A stretch of DNA of 64,000 bases from Eledone cirrhosa (taxonomy: Eukaryota). Shown one piece after another: positions 46,663 to 60,566 of this stretch (positions within the stretch are counted from its first letter, which is position 1; each line of letters starts with the position of its first letter). The position numbers were made by a program, and so were the translations under genes. The stretch spans positions 59,582,001 through 59,646,000 of the forward strand of contig OZ024744.1 of the NCBI GenBank assembly GCA_964016885.1, written 5' to 3'. A model generated the notes under the pieces. The model did not search any database. It worked only from the letters and a program-made list of their open reading frames with translations, and was not told the DNA's origin.

Positions 46663-47011
46663 TTCTCGTTTCGTGTTGACGCTTGTCTGTCGAATTTCTC
46701 ATTCATTCTTGCTTCTTAGATAACTGCTGCTGATAACGCCAATACACACAAACACAAACCCACACAGGCCCACACAAACACACACATTCACACACACAGG
46801 CTCGTTTACTGCTGCTGCTGTGGTTGTTGTTGCTATCAGTAGCTCTATTAATATTATTAGTAAGTTCTGTGGTCTGCTAGCTCCTGCTGTTGTTGCTGCT
46901 GTTGCCGATGCTGATGTTATTAATACTGCTGACAGTAGTTGTTACTGTTGTATTATGATCGTTGTTTCTCTTATTGTTGTTATTGCTGCTGCTGGCTATG
47001 GTTGTTTAGTC

Positions 47012-47059
47012 GTTAGCAACGTATTACTTACAGTCCCCACTCTGGTCCCTTCGGATTGG
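47012..47059 (-). promoter_or_regulatory. Possible promoter elements upstream of the exon (CCAAT box, RFX-like half site)
   Basis: CCAAT on the minus strand at 47055-47059 and GTTAGCAAC at 47012-47020, in the last unique sequence before microsatellite resumes, about 350-400 bp upstream of the ATG. Confidence 0.25.
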
Positions 47060-47191
47060 TTGTCTCACACTTCACACGCAGCGTCCGTTGCCCCCTTTCC
47101 ATATCTACTATCTTTATCATATATTAATAGAAATGTGCGTATGTATGTATTTATGCATGTTATATATATATATATATATAACATGCATAAA

Positions 47192-47256
<65 letters not shown>

Positions 47257-47417
47257 CATGCATATGTGTGTGTGTATATATATATATATGTATGTATATA
47301 TATATACTCGTATATATATACACACACATATGCATACATACATGTATACATAGATGCATACATATGTTCAAACACATATATAACATACATATGTGTATGT
47401 ATGTATATATATGTGTG

Positions 47418-47449
<32 letters not shown>

Positions 47450-47594
47450 CTCATACACACAAATGTGTATATGTATATTTATTTATAAATACTTAATAAT
47501 TTCATAGAGCATTATATATATATATATATACATGCACACACGCGCATATACATATGTACACACACATATACATACATGCACACACACGCGCGCT

Positions 47595-47665
<71 letters not shown>

Positions 47666-47734
47666 TCATACATACATATATATATATATATATAGTGAAA
47701 GAGTGAAGAATAACATGGTCAACTGTACAAAAGG

Positions 47735-47774
<40 letters not shown>

Positions 47775-48062
47775 TATATTTGTACATATATACACATTTA
47801 TGTATGTACATGCATGTGTTATCTCATTTTATCTTCCTCTTTTCACCTTTCCTGGGAAATGTGTGCCATTTTTTAATGTAGGTTTTATTTTGTTTTGTTT
47901 TACTTTTATTGTTATCATCATCTCTGTATCTATATCTGTACAGCAGACGACACATACAGTTCTCACATCACCACCCCGACACACCGCCCAACAACCCCCT
48001 CAATAACTACACTAACCTGCTTTCCTGTATCCTCCCACTCCCCCTACTCCTCCATCCTCATT

Positions 48063-48667
48063 CTCTTCTTCTTCTTCTTCTTCTTCTTCTTCTTCTTCTT
48101 CTTCTTCTTCTTCTTCTTCTTCTTCTTCTTCTTCTTCTTCTCCTCCCCCTCCTCCTTCTTCTTCTTCTTCTTCTTCTTCTTCTTCTTCTTCTTCTTCTTC
48201 TTCTTTATTTAGCCATTCATTTTATATGTTTGTAATGTGAAAGCCATGGTGGTGCTGTTGTTGGCAATAGTGGTGCCGAGGGACGTTTCCATTTGCCCCC
48301 CCCCCATACCCCCACCTCCTCGAGACACGTCAGTCTCTTTTCGGCACCCTAACCACATCCATCTTACCACAAAACTAACCCGCCAAGCCACACCAACTTC
48401 CTTTCGTATCTCCCCTTCTCATCCTATTTTCATGCTCATCACCTGTACGCCATACCTCATCATCACCACCATCATCATCATCATCATCATCGACATCATC
48501 ACCACTATCACATAATCAGCATTACCCCCCCCCCCACACTACTACAACAGCATTAATTACCACCACCACCACCACCACCACCACCACCACCACCACCACC
48601 ACCACCACCACCACCACCACCACCACCACCACCACCACCACCACCACCACCACCACCATCATCATCA
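48063..48667. repeat. Trinucleotide tracts (TTC)n, (CAT)n and (CCA)n; (CCA)n also at 505-573
   Basis: Direct read. Confidence 0.9.
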
Positions 48668-48888
48668 TCAAGAATACCGCCACCTAAATTCCAATACTTG
48701 ACTAATTGTAATCGACCCTCGGGAGGATGAAACGAATGTCGACCGATAGAAGTTATTACTAAATGACCACAGTACTACGATCGTAAGGTTAGGTATATAT
48801 GTGTATGTGTGTGAGTGAGGTTTTAAACCTATGTATGTATGTATGTATGTATGTATGTATGTATGTATGTATGTATGTATGTATGTAT

Positions 48889-49360
48889 GAGATGACCCCT
48901 TAGCCTTTGTCAAGGCAGAATTCTAGGAGAAGGATGACCCTGATATAACACCTGCAACTCTGATGGTATCCAATGATGTTGACATGTTCTTCTTTTTGGT
49001 AAATATCATCTTGGTTAAGAGAGTGGGACTGGCTTTGTGCAGTGCCATTGCTCACTATAAAAGCTTCACGGCACAGGCATTGCTTTATATCTGGAGATCT
49101 CTCTGCACTTGTCGTCACATGATACCATGGGCCCAACACTATATGTCAATAATTGTCACAAGTGTAGTGTTTGTACCAGAGTTTTCAAGTCGCTGGCTGG
49201 ACTAAAAAGTTACACTTGTTCAGCGCATCGGTAGGGGTTCTCCTACATGGATATAAAGTAGTGGCCGTACTCGAAAACGAGTTGGCAGCCACCATGTATG
49301 TATGTATGTATGTATGTATGTATGTATGTATGTATGTATGTATGTATGTATGTATGTATG
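48889..49360 (+). mobile_element. Second, 5'-truncated copy of the same RTE-derived element in (TATG)n
   Basis: Near-identical to about 24683-25137; (TATG)n on both sides. Confidence 0.8.
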
Positions 49361-49860
49361 CCAATAGCAAGTTAGAACAATCAATGCCAATCAGTAATCA
49401 TACCAACTCATTTCAAAGATTATACTGAATTGTTGCATATTATTCCGAAATATTTGCTTTAAAAAAAATCACCCCTAATAGTGTGTGTATATATATATAA
49501 ATATACATATATATATATAAATATATATAAATATATATATATATGAGGGAATAAACTCTGTGAGTGAACATCGCTAATTTTCTCCCTCATATCAAGAATT
49601 TGAAGACAATTCATTTTCACTTGATGAGATCAGTGATAATCGATCATGGCTTCACGATCGATCTATCTCTTATTAAAACACGTGCGTGATTAAATGATTG
49701 GAATTTTACATTGCCTTCGGATTTTCATTTTGATACTTATACTCCGTTTTATATCATCTAGCTGTTCCCTTGAATGGAATTGGAGATATACAAAAGCGTG
49801 GAGAACTTAATATTGTTAACATAAATTTATTGGACCATTTTACACACCAATAATGCACCT

Positions 49861-49952
<92 letters not shown>

Positions 49953-50083
49953 AGAGAGAATTAGTATATCTACCAACATATGTATACAGATGTATACCTA
50001 TGCTAGCAAATATATATGTTATGTCTTAGTACCTTTGTGCTTCTATGCAAGTGGATGCAGAATAATTATATGAAAGACGTTAG

Positions 50084-50165
50084 ACTCCCTGATGACGTAA
50101 GGATTTCTCTATGGTTGCGTTGCGTAACTATATTTATTCCCTTACAGAAACTAATTAGTTGGAGT
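50084..50165 (+). ncRNA. Type I hammerhead ribozyme fold
   Basis: actcc CTGATGA [cgtaagg...ccttaca] GAAA ctaattag TT ggagt; palindromic CTAATTAG. Confidence 0.75.
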
Positions 50166-50213
50166 GAAAATTTTAGTAAGTAAGTTAATTTTAAAATTTT
50201 CTTATTTTACGTC

Positions 50214-50326
<113 letters not shown>

Positions 50327-50494
50327 AAGCAAAGAAAATTTCAATGATACGAAAGATCTCCTGGTGGAAGTTCAGGTGTACTCCTGGTTGGTATCCAGTT
50401 ACGAGGTGAAAAATTCAATCAGAAAATCCAACGAATTTTAAGAGGTCCACGCAAGCGTTGATATATTACATATATATATATATATATATATATA

Positions 50495-51310
50495 CTAGCA
50501 GCAGTACCCAGCGTTGCCTGGGTAGGTAAAATAATACCTGCTTTGATGAAAAGGTGTTGATCTTAGCGACTGCTTCTCGATAACTCATCTATGGCCACAT
50601 ACAGACCATGCGCGGGAGGGTAGTGATGACCTCTATCACTGAGAAACGCGGGTGACTGACGAAGGGGCATGCTGGTGGAGGGAATTTCGAATTTGAACGA
50701 AATCAGTTGAAAAATGTGTGAGCTAGAGCCGAAAAGGCGGTAATTTGAGTGAAAAGGTGGTATTTTCGAATATTTAAGCGGCTGCCACGCCGTTCCTGAA
50801 CAAAAGATCCAAAATGTAAAGCCACTTTAAGACGTGAAATAATCAGATCTAGCGTAGTGTAAAATTTGAACAAAGTAGGTTGATTAATGTGGGAGCTAGA
50901 GCCGAAAAAGGGGAAATTTGAGTCTAAAAGTGATATTTTTGAATATTTAAGCGGCTGCCACGCTGTTCCTGAACAACAAATGCAAAATATAAAGCCATTA
51001 CAGGATGTGCAATGATAAATTCTATTTTGCTTTAAAATTTGAATGAAATCGGTTGCAAAATATGGGAGCTAGAGCCAAAAATCTTATTTTTCGACACCTA
51101 AAAAAAGGTGACCTCCCCTACCGATTTTTATCTGCAGAATGACCCCGGAATAAAAAAAAAAACGATACCCTGATATATAGAAAACACTCCCTGATGACTA
51201 ATCTATGAGCCTGTACAGTTTCATGAAAATCGGTCGTAAGATGTAGGCCCCTATAGGTAATTCACAGATACACAGACACACACACATACTTAATTTTATA
51301 TATATACAGA
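50495..51310 (-). mobile_element. Non-autonomous Helitron of a second family with internal ~173-bp tandem repeats
   Basis: Minus-strand 3' end cccaggcaacgctggg...CTAG; gctagagcc recurs near 50722, 50895 and 51068. Confidence 0.75.
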
Positions 51311-51337
51311 TATATAGATATATAGATATATATATAC

Positions 51338-51575
51338 GGGTGTGTATGATTGTGTATAGAAGATTATATTAATAAAAGGAATTCCAACTTTGTCTGATTT
51401 ACTCGTTTTATTTACAATCCTTTAAAATTATAATGATATTATAATGAAATAGTATGGTAGAATATTAAATGTTAAGTGTTAATTGAACAAGTACTTTCAT
51501 GCTTTCGTAATCTTCAGGTTTATATTCTGTGGTGACAGTCAAGTTTGCAATTTTCAACTGTTGAAAATTGCAAAT
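51338..51575 (-). mobile_element. Second copy of the 21376 cassette
   Basis: Near-identical to 21376-21590, ending in the short palindrome tttgcaattttcaactgttgaaaattgcaaa. Confidence 0.75.
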
Positions 51576-51904
51576 ATATATATATAAAGGCAATGGAGTA
51601 GTACAAACATTGCATTTGTCTTACATATCATCTCGATCTGCTAATAAAAAAGCACCCAAATCTTATATAAGGAGTGGGCACATAAGATGAGGTTTTCCAA
51701 AAGTCAAAAAGTTAATTTTTTTTTTCATATTGTCTTTTTTATACGAATAAATTCTCTCCTCTATGAAAGTTTTTGTTTCATTTAATGTCTTATTAAAATT
51801 AGAATACTGGGGAAAGACTGTAATATATAGGTAACTGTTCTCTGGTTTGGGGAAAATCACACAAGGGTTCTGAGACAAAATAAACTTGTAAATTTATTAC
51901 ATTA

Positions 51905-52100
51905 AATAATTGTTTCTACTTTTGGCACAAGGCCAGCAATTACCCAGTGCATTACTGGTACTTTATTTTATCGACCCCGTAAGGATGAAAGGTAAAGTTA
52001 ACCTCGGCGGGATTTGAACTCAGAATGGCAAGGGCCGTAACTCTATACGTCAAAGCATGACGTCCGACCCTCTACCGATACTGAAAATCCACCGCCCTTA
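51905..52100 (-). mobile_element. tRNA-head SINE (short family), near full length
   Basis: Near-identical to 8637-8828. Confidence 0.85.
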
Positions 52101-52645
52101 AATAATGTAGTCCTATATATATATAACCGAAACAATGAAATTCCAAGGGCTGAAGAAGGAATTTGCGCTCATTGTGGTATTATTATATATTGAAATATTT
52201 GATGTGAAGAAGTTTGAAAATCTCTGCCCATACATTCTACATGAAACATATAAATACTTTGCTGTGCAAATCCTTATGAGCTCAGGTATATGTATTGGAA
52301 CAATGTATTTAAAAAGTTTAAGTCAATCCTATTTTTGAATGACATCATAAACTGGGTTATTAATAAGAAACTGTTAAACTAATTCAACTTTCCTGATCAT
52401 CGCTACAACTTCTGTTACAAATGAAACATACTTCTCAAACTTGGACAAAAAGCAACCATTTTTAAGGTGGACAATGCTTCATGGATGGTTGTCCTCATTG
52501 GCTCATCGAAGAACAAATACTGAGTAATTTAGAACAACAAAAATAATTACACGAGATAGTAAAGGAATTTGTTATAAAATGAGAACATTTGGTATTTATG
52601 TTTAAATGAAGTATTTTTTCTTATAAAAAAGTGTACATTTTAACT

Positions 52646-52965
52646 GGTACAGTAATGCGCCAGCTTCAGCATTCAGTAATCAGAAGGAGGGAGGTAGGTG
52701 TAAAAGCCAAACTCGCTATCTTCAATTCGGTTTTCGTGCCAACCCTCACCTAGGTCATGAATCTTGGATAATGACTGAAAGAATATGATCGCGAATACAA
52801 GCAACCAAAATGGGGTTCATCTGAAGGGTTTTGGGAATAACGTTATTTTATCGAAATGAGAGAGTTATTCCAGGTAGAGTCGTTACATCTCCGAATGGAG
52901 AGATCACAGCTCCAATACTAAGAAGAAGAAGTAAAAGAAGAAAAAGAAGAAAAAGAAGAAGAAGG
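52646..52965 (+). mobile_element. RTE-clade LINE fragment, same family as 26950-27930
   Basis: Aligns by eye to about 27405-27680 (cagtaatgcgc.agcttcagcattc...gatcacagctccaatacta); followed by (GAA)n. Confidence 0.8.
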
Positions 52966-53009
52966 AAATAATAATAATAATAATAATAATGATAATAATA
53001 ATAATAATA

Positions 53010-56000
53010 TGGAAAAAGAAACATCCCGAAAACAGAGGCTATATTGACAGTAACAAACTAGCCAATATACGAAGAAATATTGTAAGAAAAAAGTTACTAA
53101 CTGATATAGAAATTGATCAGATCAAGCTATGAGCACAAAGTCAGCGAAGGGAAAATGAAACATGTGTCAGTGAAAACGAGGTAAACTGTAACACTTCGAA
53201 TCCCAGGGTTGGGTTGGGGCGGAATCACTGGCAACAGAACAAATTAAAGAAAGGATCGAAAAAGTGGAGGGAGTGCATGCTCAGGATGAAACTCCAAATG
53301 AAAATAATGAGATCGTAAATGATAAAGAAATGAATGAGAATGAACTTGCCAACTTGAAGGATGAAATTATGATCGAATGGATAAAAATGAAAGAATCTGA
53401 CATGGGGCAACGAGACACCCTCCCTAAGATCCAGAACTCCAAACAGAACCAAAAGATAATACACAAGACTAACATAATTCTCAAAAACATTATCATCACA
53501 AACAAACTAAACATTACTGATTTAAATCATCTCTATTATGCATCGGCTAAAGTCACCACTCACTTATGTGGAGTGAAGATGAAAAAACAAAGGAATTCCC
53601 ACAAGAAATCTACTTGGCAAGAGAACATCAATCGCCAAATAAACCTTCTCCGATCTGATATAGAAATTTTAACAAACTATAAAGTAGGTGAACATGTTAA
53701 ACAAACTAAACTTAGAAAATTGAAAAAAAAGTACAGTATAAAATCAACATGTGACATAGACATGCTGATAGAAATAATCAAGCAAAAAGTGTCGGCCAAA
53801 GCTGCTCGTATAAGGCGCTTTGAAAAACGATCTAGATTCTATAAGGACAATAATATGTTCAAAAACAACCAAAGAAACTTCTACAGAAAAATTGGTAAGT
53901 CAACAATAACTGCTAAATCAATACCACCCAAGGAGGAAGTGGAAGAATTCTGGGAAAAGATCTGGGCCGAAGAAAAAGTTCATAACATACATGCCCCATG
54001 GATAGACAGACAAATGAAAGATACAGCTCACCTTGAGGAACAAATATGGGAAAATATAACAGTTGAACAGTTGCGCTTGGCTCTAAGAAAAACCAGCAAA
54101 TGGAAATCCCCAGGAAAAGACAAAATACAAAACTTTTGGATAAATGCCTTCACAGAGTCTCATGAGCTGTTAGCCCAACTTTACAATGAAATAGTTAAGG
54201 AGCCAGAAAAGATACCATCATGGCTAGTTAACGGCATTACATTCCTGCTTCCGAAGAATGATGAGACAAACAATCCCAAAAATTACAGACCGATAACTTG
54301 CTTGACCACAATGTATAAAATTTTAACATCAGTCCTAACTGAATACACATATGACCACCTGATAACAAATGACCTATTTCCCATTGAGCAGAAAGGGTGT
54401 AAACGAGGCTCATATGGCTGTAAGCATCAGCTTCTGGTTAACAAAATGATACTGGAAGATTGTCATAATAGACACAAAAATCTATCGATTGCTTGGATAG
54501 ATTATAAAAAAGCATTCGATAGTTTGCCACACAGTTGGATTGAAAAATGTTTAGAGATTTTCAAAATATCCCCCGTTGTCAGGAGGTTTTTGTCATTCAG
54601 TATGAAGACATGGAAAACGACACTCCTTTTGAATAGTGAAACAAAATCACTGGAAGCTGGAGAAGTTAATATTAATTGTGGAATTTTTCAGGTTGACTCT
54701 TTCACCGCTTTTATTCTGCATCGCACTTATACCATTAAGTAAAATGCTCAATGAAACAAAACATGGATATAAAGTCTATGACAAAACCATTAATCACTTG
54801 TTCTACATGGATGACCTGAAACTATATGCAAAAAATGATGAACAATTGCAAGGGCTATTATCCACTGTGGAGCAATTCAGTGATGACATTAAAATGGAGT
54901 TTGAACTAGATAAATGCGCCAAAACCAACGTTCACCAGAGGAAAGCTGCTGAAAAGTTCAGACATTAATCTTGATCGGGGGAACGTGATAAGAGAACTTG
55001 ATCAAGGGGAAACTTACAAATATCTAGGTGTTTGTGAAGGAGACGGAATCAAGCACTCGACAATGAGGGAAAGGATAAGGAAGGAATGTTACCGCAGAGT
55101 AAGAGCAATCTTAAGAACGGAATTGAATGCAAGGAATAGGATCGATGCCATAAACACGCTTGCCATACCAGTAGTAACCTACAGTTACAATGTCATCAAC
55201 TGATCAAGCACAGAGATTCGTAGGCTCGATACAAAAATTCGAAAATTCTTAACCATGCACAGAATGCATCACCCTAAGGCAGATACATATAGAATATATC
55301 TCCCTAGGAAAGAAGGAGGACGTGGGTTAATCCAGTTAGACATTGTGTTGAAAACTGCAACAATTGGATTATCTATACATCTAAGGGAATCACATGATTG
55401 GATGATCAAACTCGTTTTGAAACACGAAAGCATCAAAAGATCATACTCCATTACAAAAGATGCACAAAGATACAGTAATGGACTACACATTTCAGAAGTC
55501 CCATTTACTGCTGAAATGGAAAACACAGAAAAAGCAAAGCAGGTAAAAGTAACTACAAAGAAAGAACTGCTACAGAAACTGGCTAAGAAATGGAAAGAAA
55601 AGCCCCCGTATGGAAAATACCCAGAACGAGCTAACAATCCTGATGTTGACAAAACTTTAACCCATCAGTGGTTGGAATGCTCTGGACTGAAATCGGAGAC
55701 TGAAGGACTGATTATATCAGCACAAGATCAGTGTCTGCCAACAAAAAATTGCCAAGCCAACATAATAAAAAATGGATGCAGCCCATTATGCCGTGTATGT
55801 AAAAAACAACCAGAGACCATTGACCATATAATTTCAATGTGCAGTCCTATAGCTCCAACCGAATACCTAAACAGGCATGACAGAGCTGCACAATACATAC
55901 ATTGGATAATGTGTAAGCATTTTGACCTGCCCCATCAAAAGAATTGGTGGGAACATCAACCACCTCCCATACTTGAAAAAGATCACATCTCAATCTTGTG

Positions 56001-56486
56001 GAACTTTAGCATCCAAACAGACCGAAAAATAGATGCAAATAGACCTCATATAATATTGAAAGACTTTAAAAAGCTAATTGATATGTCCGTTCCAATAGAC
56101 AAGAATGTATCTATAAAAACATTTGAAAAATTGAGCAAGTATAAGGACCTGGAGATAGAAATTGGAAAAATGTGGAAATTGAGAACTAAAACAATACCAG
56201 TGGTTATAGGCGCTCCAGGAATGATACCTAAGGGGTCTAATGATTACTTATCGCAAATCCCAGGAAACCCGCGTATAGGAGAAATACAAAAGATAGTACT
56301 AATGGGAACTGCCCATATACTAAGGAAGATTCTGTCAATATAAGTACATCACAAGTCTAAACACTAAAGATGCATGTATGAGTATATATGTTCTTTCTTG
56401 AACATGGCGGACCTTGTTGTCTCTTGAGGTCACTGGTTGTGACTTGGTGATAACTCGTATGAACATAAAGCAAGATAAATGCAACT

Positions 56487-56534
<48 letters not shown>
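53010..56534 (+). mobile_element. R4/Dong-clade non-LTR retrotransposon (RT + zinc knuckle + restriction-like endonuclease), inactivated
   Basis: Colinear ORF pieces 53264-54742 (KSPGKD, NYRPITCL, WIDYKKAFDS), 54636-54968 (LSPLLF, YMDDLKLYA), 54985-55203 and 55255-56343 (CRVC...ETIDHIISMC, RHD, DRKIDANRPHI, KLSKYKDL). Frameshifts and stops separate the pieces. (TAA)n lies on both flanks. Confidence 0.92.
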
Positions 56535-56535
<1 letters not shown>

Positions 56536-57205
56536 CATTTTAAATTGACGATCTAGTATTACCAATTGGAAACCAGATATTGAGGACTATTGAGGTGAAA
56601 CCAAATTCGTCCTTTTAATTTATTACGTTGCTGTATTTCTTTGAGGCGATTACATTTGGATTAGATTTATTTCTTGGTTATGAGTTTCAGGTTTTGTTAA
56701 TTAGACATGAAATATTTAGTGGTTGATTTTGTTTTATTATGTTAAATATTGTGGTTTTGAGGCGGAATAACTGTAATTTTTATGGTACGTCTTAGTTGGT
56801 TCGGGTTTGTCGAATACGTTTACTTTGATTTGGATGTTGGGTGGAGTTGTAAGAATGAAAAAGGTATACATACATATATATATACATACATATATACATA
56901 AAAACAAACATATATACATACATATATACATACATACATACATACATATATATATATATTTCATTTCACTCTTTTCCATATATATATATATATATATATA
57001 TATGGAAAAGGGTGAAATGAAATTTCATTTCTTACTCTTAGTACTAAGAGTGAGAAATGAAATTTCGTTTCATTCTTTTCTATTTATCGTTTTCGGTTAC
57101 CCGGCCGACTAAACTCACTTGATATGCAAATTAGGCTGTTCAGCCGTTAATATACATAAGGAAAGTATATACTTTCAAACGTTCAATCATCTGACAGAAA
57201 GGTAT

Positions 57206-57248
57206 ACGATGCTGACGATAGCTAATAAGCTAGAAACTAGTACATCGT
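57206..57248 (+). ncRNA. Minimal type I hammerhead ribozyme fold (cleanest example)
   Basis: acgatg CTGACGA tagct aata agcta GAAA ctag TA catcgt; all stems perfect, palindromic CTAG. Confidence 0.88.
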
Positions 57249-57458
57249 TCCTGTGTCAGTGTTGAACAAAAGGCGACGATGGTTTCCTGAACACTGTACG
57301 GCGTAATTCGGACTGTTTGTTTACACACAAACCGAGCATTATAATAAATGTTCGGTAAACCCACACGTACATATATATATGTGTGTATGTATGTATATAT
57401 ATATACATACTACTGTACGTCTGTACACATATATGTATGTACGTATACATACTTATAC

Positions 57459-57580
<122 letters not shown>

Positions 57581-57794
57581 AAATCTGATAATAATGGAGC
57601 TGCAGCGTTGCAAATGGGTTACATATGAAAAAGTTTGTCCTTCATCAGTGGCCTTCCAACCGTCGTAGGCATTTCATCGCTTTAAAGGCCATATACATCA
57701 GGTTGGTGCGAGCAACGGCTAAAAAAAGTCGTTAGAGACACGTAAATAAAGGGGACGCTAGGGTAACAAACAAAATGGTTTAAGCAACAGAAAG

Positions 57795-57843
<49 letters not shown>

Positions 57844-57846
<3 letters not shown>

Positions 57847-59312
57847 GTCCTAATAACTTTTTTTAGCTATTGTCGCACCAACGTGAGGTATATGATTTTT
57901 AATGCGATGAAATACCAATGATCGTTGGCAAATCACTGATGAGGGACTCATTTTATAACATGTAATCCATGTGAAACTATGCAGTATTCTTCTCCCCATA
58001 TTTTTCATATAATTACCTAAACTGCGATTCTGTGTTTCTCTCTTTCTCTCTTACTGCTCCCTCGTTCTCTCTGTTTCTATTACTTCCTTACGTCCCCTCT
58101 GTCATGTCAGTTAATACATTCTCTCTACTGACCTCTTCCTCGCACTTCCACTCACTCACTCTCTGTTTCTCCCCTTCTAACCCCCCCCCCCCCGTCCGCT
58201 ACAAACCCGATTTTCCTTCTTTCTCACATCGGATTCACTAGCGAAAGGTCTGTTTCTTACTCGCACATGTATTCACCCAGCTTATACTGACAGAATAACC
58301 ATGTTGCTTGTGTTTCTTTCTATCTTCAGTTAGCTTTCCCCTGTGTTGTTTACTTATCTCACTCGCTTTACGCGTTTCTATTGTCCTAATAACTTTTTTT
58401 AGTTATTGTCGCACCAACGTGAGGTATATGATTTTTAATGCGATCAAATACCAATGATCGTTGGCAAATCACTGACGAGGGACTCATTTTATAACATGTA
58501 ATCCATGTGCAACCATGCAGTATTCTTCTCCCCATATTTTTCATATATTTACCTAAACTGCGATTCTGTGTTTCTCTCTTTCTCTCTTACTGCTCGCTCG
58601 TTCTCTCTGTTTCTCTTATTTTCTTTCGTCCCCTCTGTCATGTCAGTTAACACTTTCTCTCTACTGATCTCTTCCTCGCACTTCCACTCACTCACTCTCT
58701 GTTTCTCCCCTTCTTACCCCCCCCCCCCCCGTCTGCTACAAACCCGATTTTCCTTCTTTCTCACGTCGGATTCACTAGCGAAAGGTCTGTTTCTTACTCG
58801 CACATGTATTCACCCAGCTTATACTGACAGAATAACCATGTTGCTTGTGGTTCTTTCTATCTTCGGTTAGCTTTCCCCTGTGTTGTTTACTTGTCTCACT
58901 CGCTTTACGCGTTTCAATTGTCCTAATAACTTTTTTTTAGTTATTGTCGGACCAACGTGAGGTATATGATTTTTAATGCGATGAAATACCAATGATCGTT
59001 GGCAAATCACTGATGAGGGACTCATTTTATAACATGTAATCCATGTGCAACCATGCAGTATTCTTCTCCCCATATTTTTCATATATTTACCTAAACTGCG
59101 ATTCTGTGTTTCTCTCTTTCTCTCTTACTGCTCGCTCGTTCTCTCTGTTTCTCTTATTTTCTTTCGTCCCCTCTGTCATGTCAGTTAACACTTTCTCTCT
59201 ACTGACCTCTTCCTCGCACTTCCACCCACTCACTCTCTGTTTCTCCCCTTCTTACTTCCCCCCCGTCCGCTACAAACCCGATTTTCCTTCTTTCTCACAT
59301 CGGATTCACTAG
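57844..59312. repeat. Tandem repeat, ~537-bp unit x ~2.7
   Basis: attgtcctaataactt at 57844, 58380 and 58917; units highly similar. Confidence 0.95.
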
Positions 59313-60010
59313 CTATAGATGTACAGAGGGTACTTGCAGAAATATGACAACAACATACATAGGTGAGACTGCTCGTAGCATAGGTGAAAGGATAGACCAA
59401 CACTGGGGGGAACTAAAAGGACGAAAAAACGGGTCAGTACTATACGAACATGCTAGACAACAACATGACGGTAACATACACAACATAGACATTAGAATAA
59501 TATCTAAATATAGAAATGACCCAGCAGATAGGCAAATCAGAGAGGCCAGTGAAATAGAAATTAGAAGACCAAGGCTAAACAGAAAGAATGAATGGAATAA
59601 CAACAACACCCAAACAAACAACACTGACCTAAGAGAAGTATAAATAAGTAAATAAAATAAAATAAATAAATAAATAAATAAATACACAAGCACAATAACA
59701 ACTAGCACATAAACACACACTAGTCACCCATCACACAGCAAACAAAACACTATACACACACGCAAACGCATGCGCAAAGAAGACAAAATAAAATAAACAA
59801 ACAAGCAAATAAATAAATAAATATATAGACATACTGAATAAAATGGCGTAGACATACAATGCAGCGGGAGGAAAATATAGCACCACTGACGATGTTGCAG
59901 ATGTGCAACGAAATTTTATGATAAACTATATATATGTGTTTGTGTCTATATTGTATCTGTATTATTTTTGACCGCCGGTCAGTCAATGGCAACATTGAGG
60001 ACCGAGTATA
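59313..60010 (+). mobile_element. Second Penelope-like element fragment (GIY-YIG C-terminus + 3' region)
   Basis: YRCTEGTC...TYIGETARSIGERIDQH...LYEH...RQIREASEI...PRLNRKNEW; degenerate hammerhead core CTGACGA-gttgca/tgcaac-GAAA at about 59886-59913. Confidence 0.85.
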
Positions 60011-60218
60011 TTAGATTACCGATATAAAAGACACAGAGGCGAGAAGCGAAAACCAACCAAACAGTGAGTGTGTTCTGTTATTAATTCTGGCAATATTACA
60101 CAAATATGACCCTCCCCAAGTATAACAATATTTGTTTCGACACACGATTTCATATAAAAAACCTCGCAAAACTATATATATATATATATAATGTATAAAA
60201 ATCAATACAATATAATTA

Positions 60219-60321
60219 CCTCATTACCAGAGGTTTCCCGAATGAGGCGAATACGAAATAAACGAAATAAACGAAATAAACGAATACGAAATAAACGACT
60301 TCATTCTTTCGTCAGACGAGG
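60219..60321 (-). ncRNA. Mirror-image hammerhead with stem II loop expanded by repeats
   Basis: Reverse complement of 60330-60399 with extra cgaaataaa units. Confidence 0.6.
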
Positions 60322-60329
60322 CAATATTG

Positions 60330-60399
60330 CCTCGTCTGACGAACGAATGAAGTCGTTTATTTCGTATTCGCCTCATTCAGGAAACCTCTGGTAATGAGG
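60330..60399 (+). ncRNA. Type I hammerhead ribozyme fold
   Basis: cctcgt CTGACGA [..gaatga...tcattc..] GAAA cctctgg TA atgagg. Confidence 0.7.
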
Positions 60400-60503
60400 T
60401 AATTATATTGTATTGATTTTTATACATTAAATTTTGCTCTGATACTTACATAGAGCACTCTTCATTTCTATGACCTTTTCTGTTTCCAACGGAAATTTCA
60501 ATA

Positions 60504-60566
<63 letters not shown>

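Noticed and set aside
45295-46723. Plus-strand ORFs of 224, 325 and 132 aa
   Set aside because: Antisense shadows of the low-complexity minus-strand exon.
57928-57990. CTGATGA...GAAA...TA in the 537-bp unit as a hammerhead
   Set aside because: Stem I does not pair, 15 extra nt separate the core from the hairpin, and GAAA is absent in units 2 and 3.
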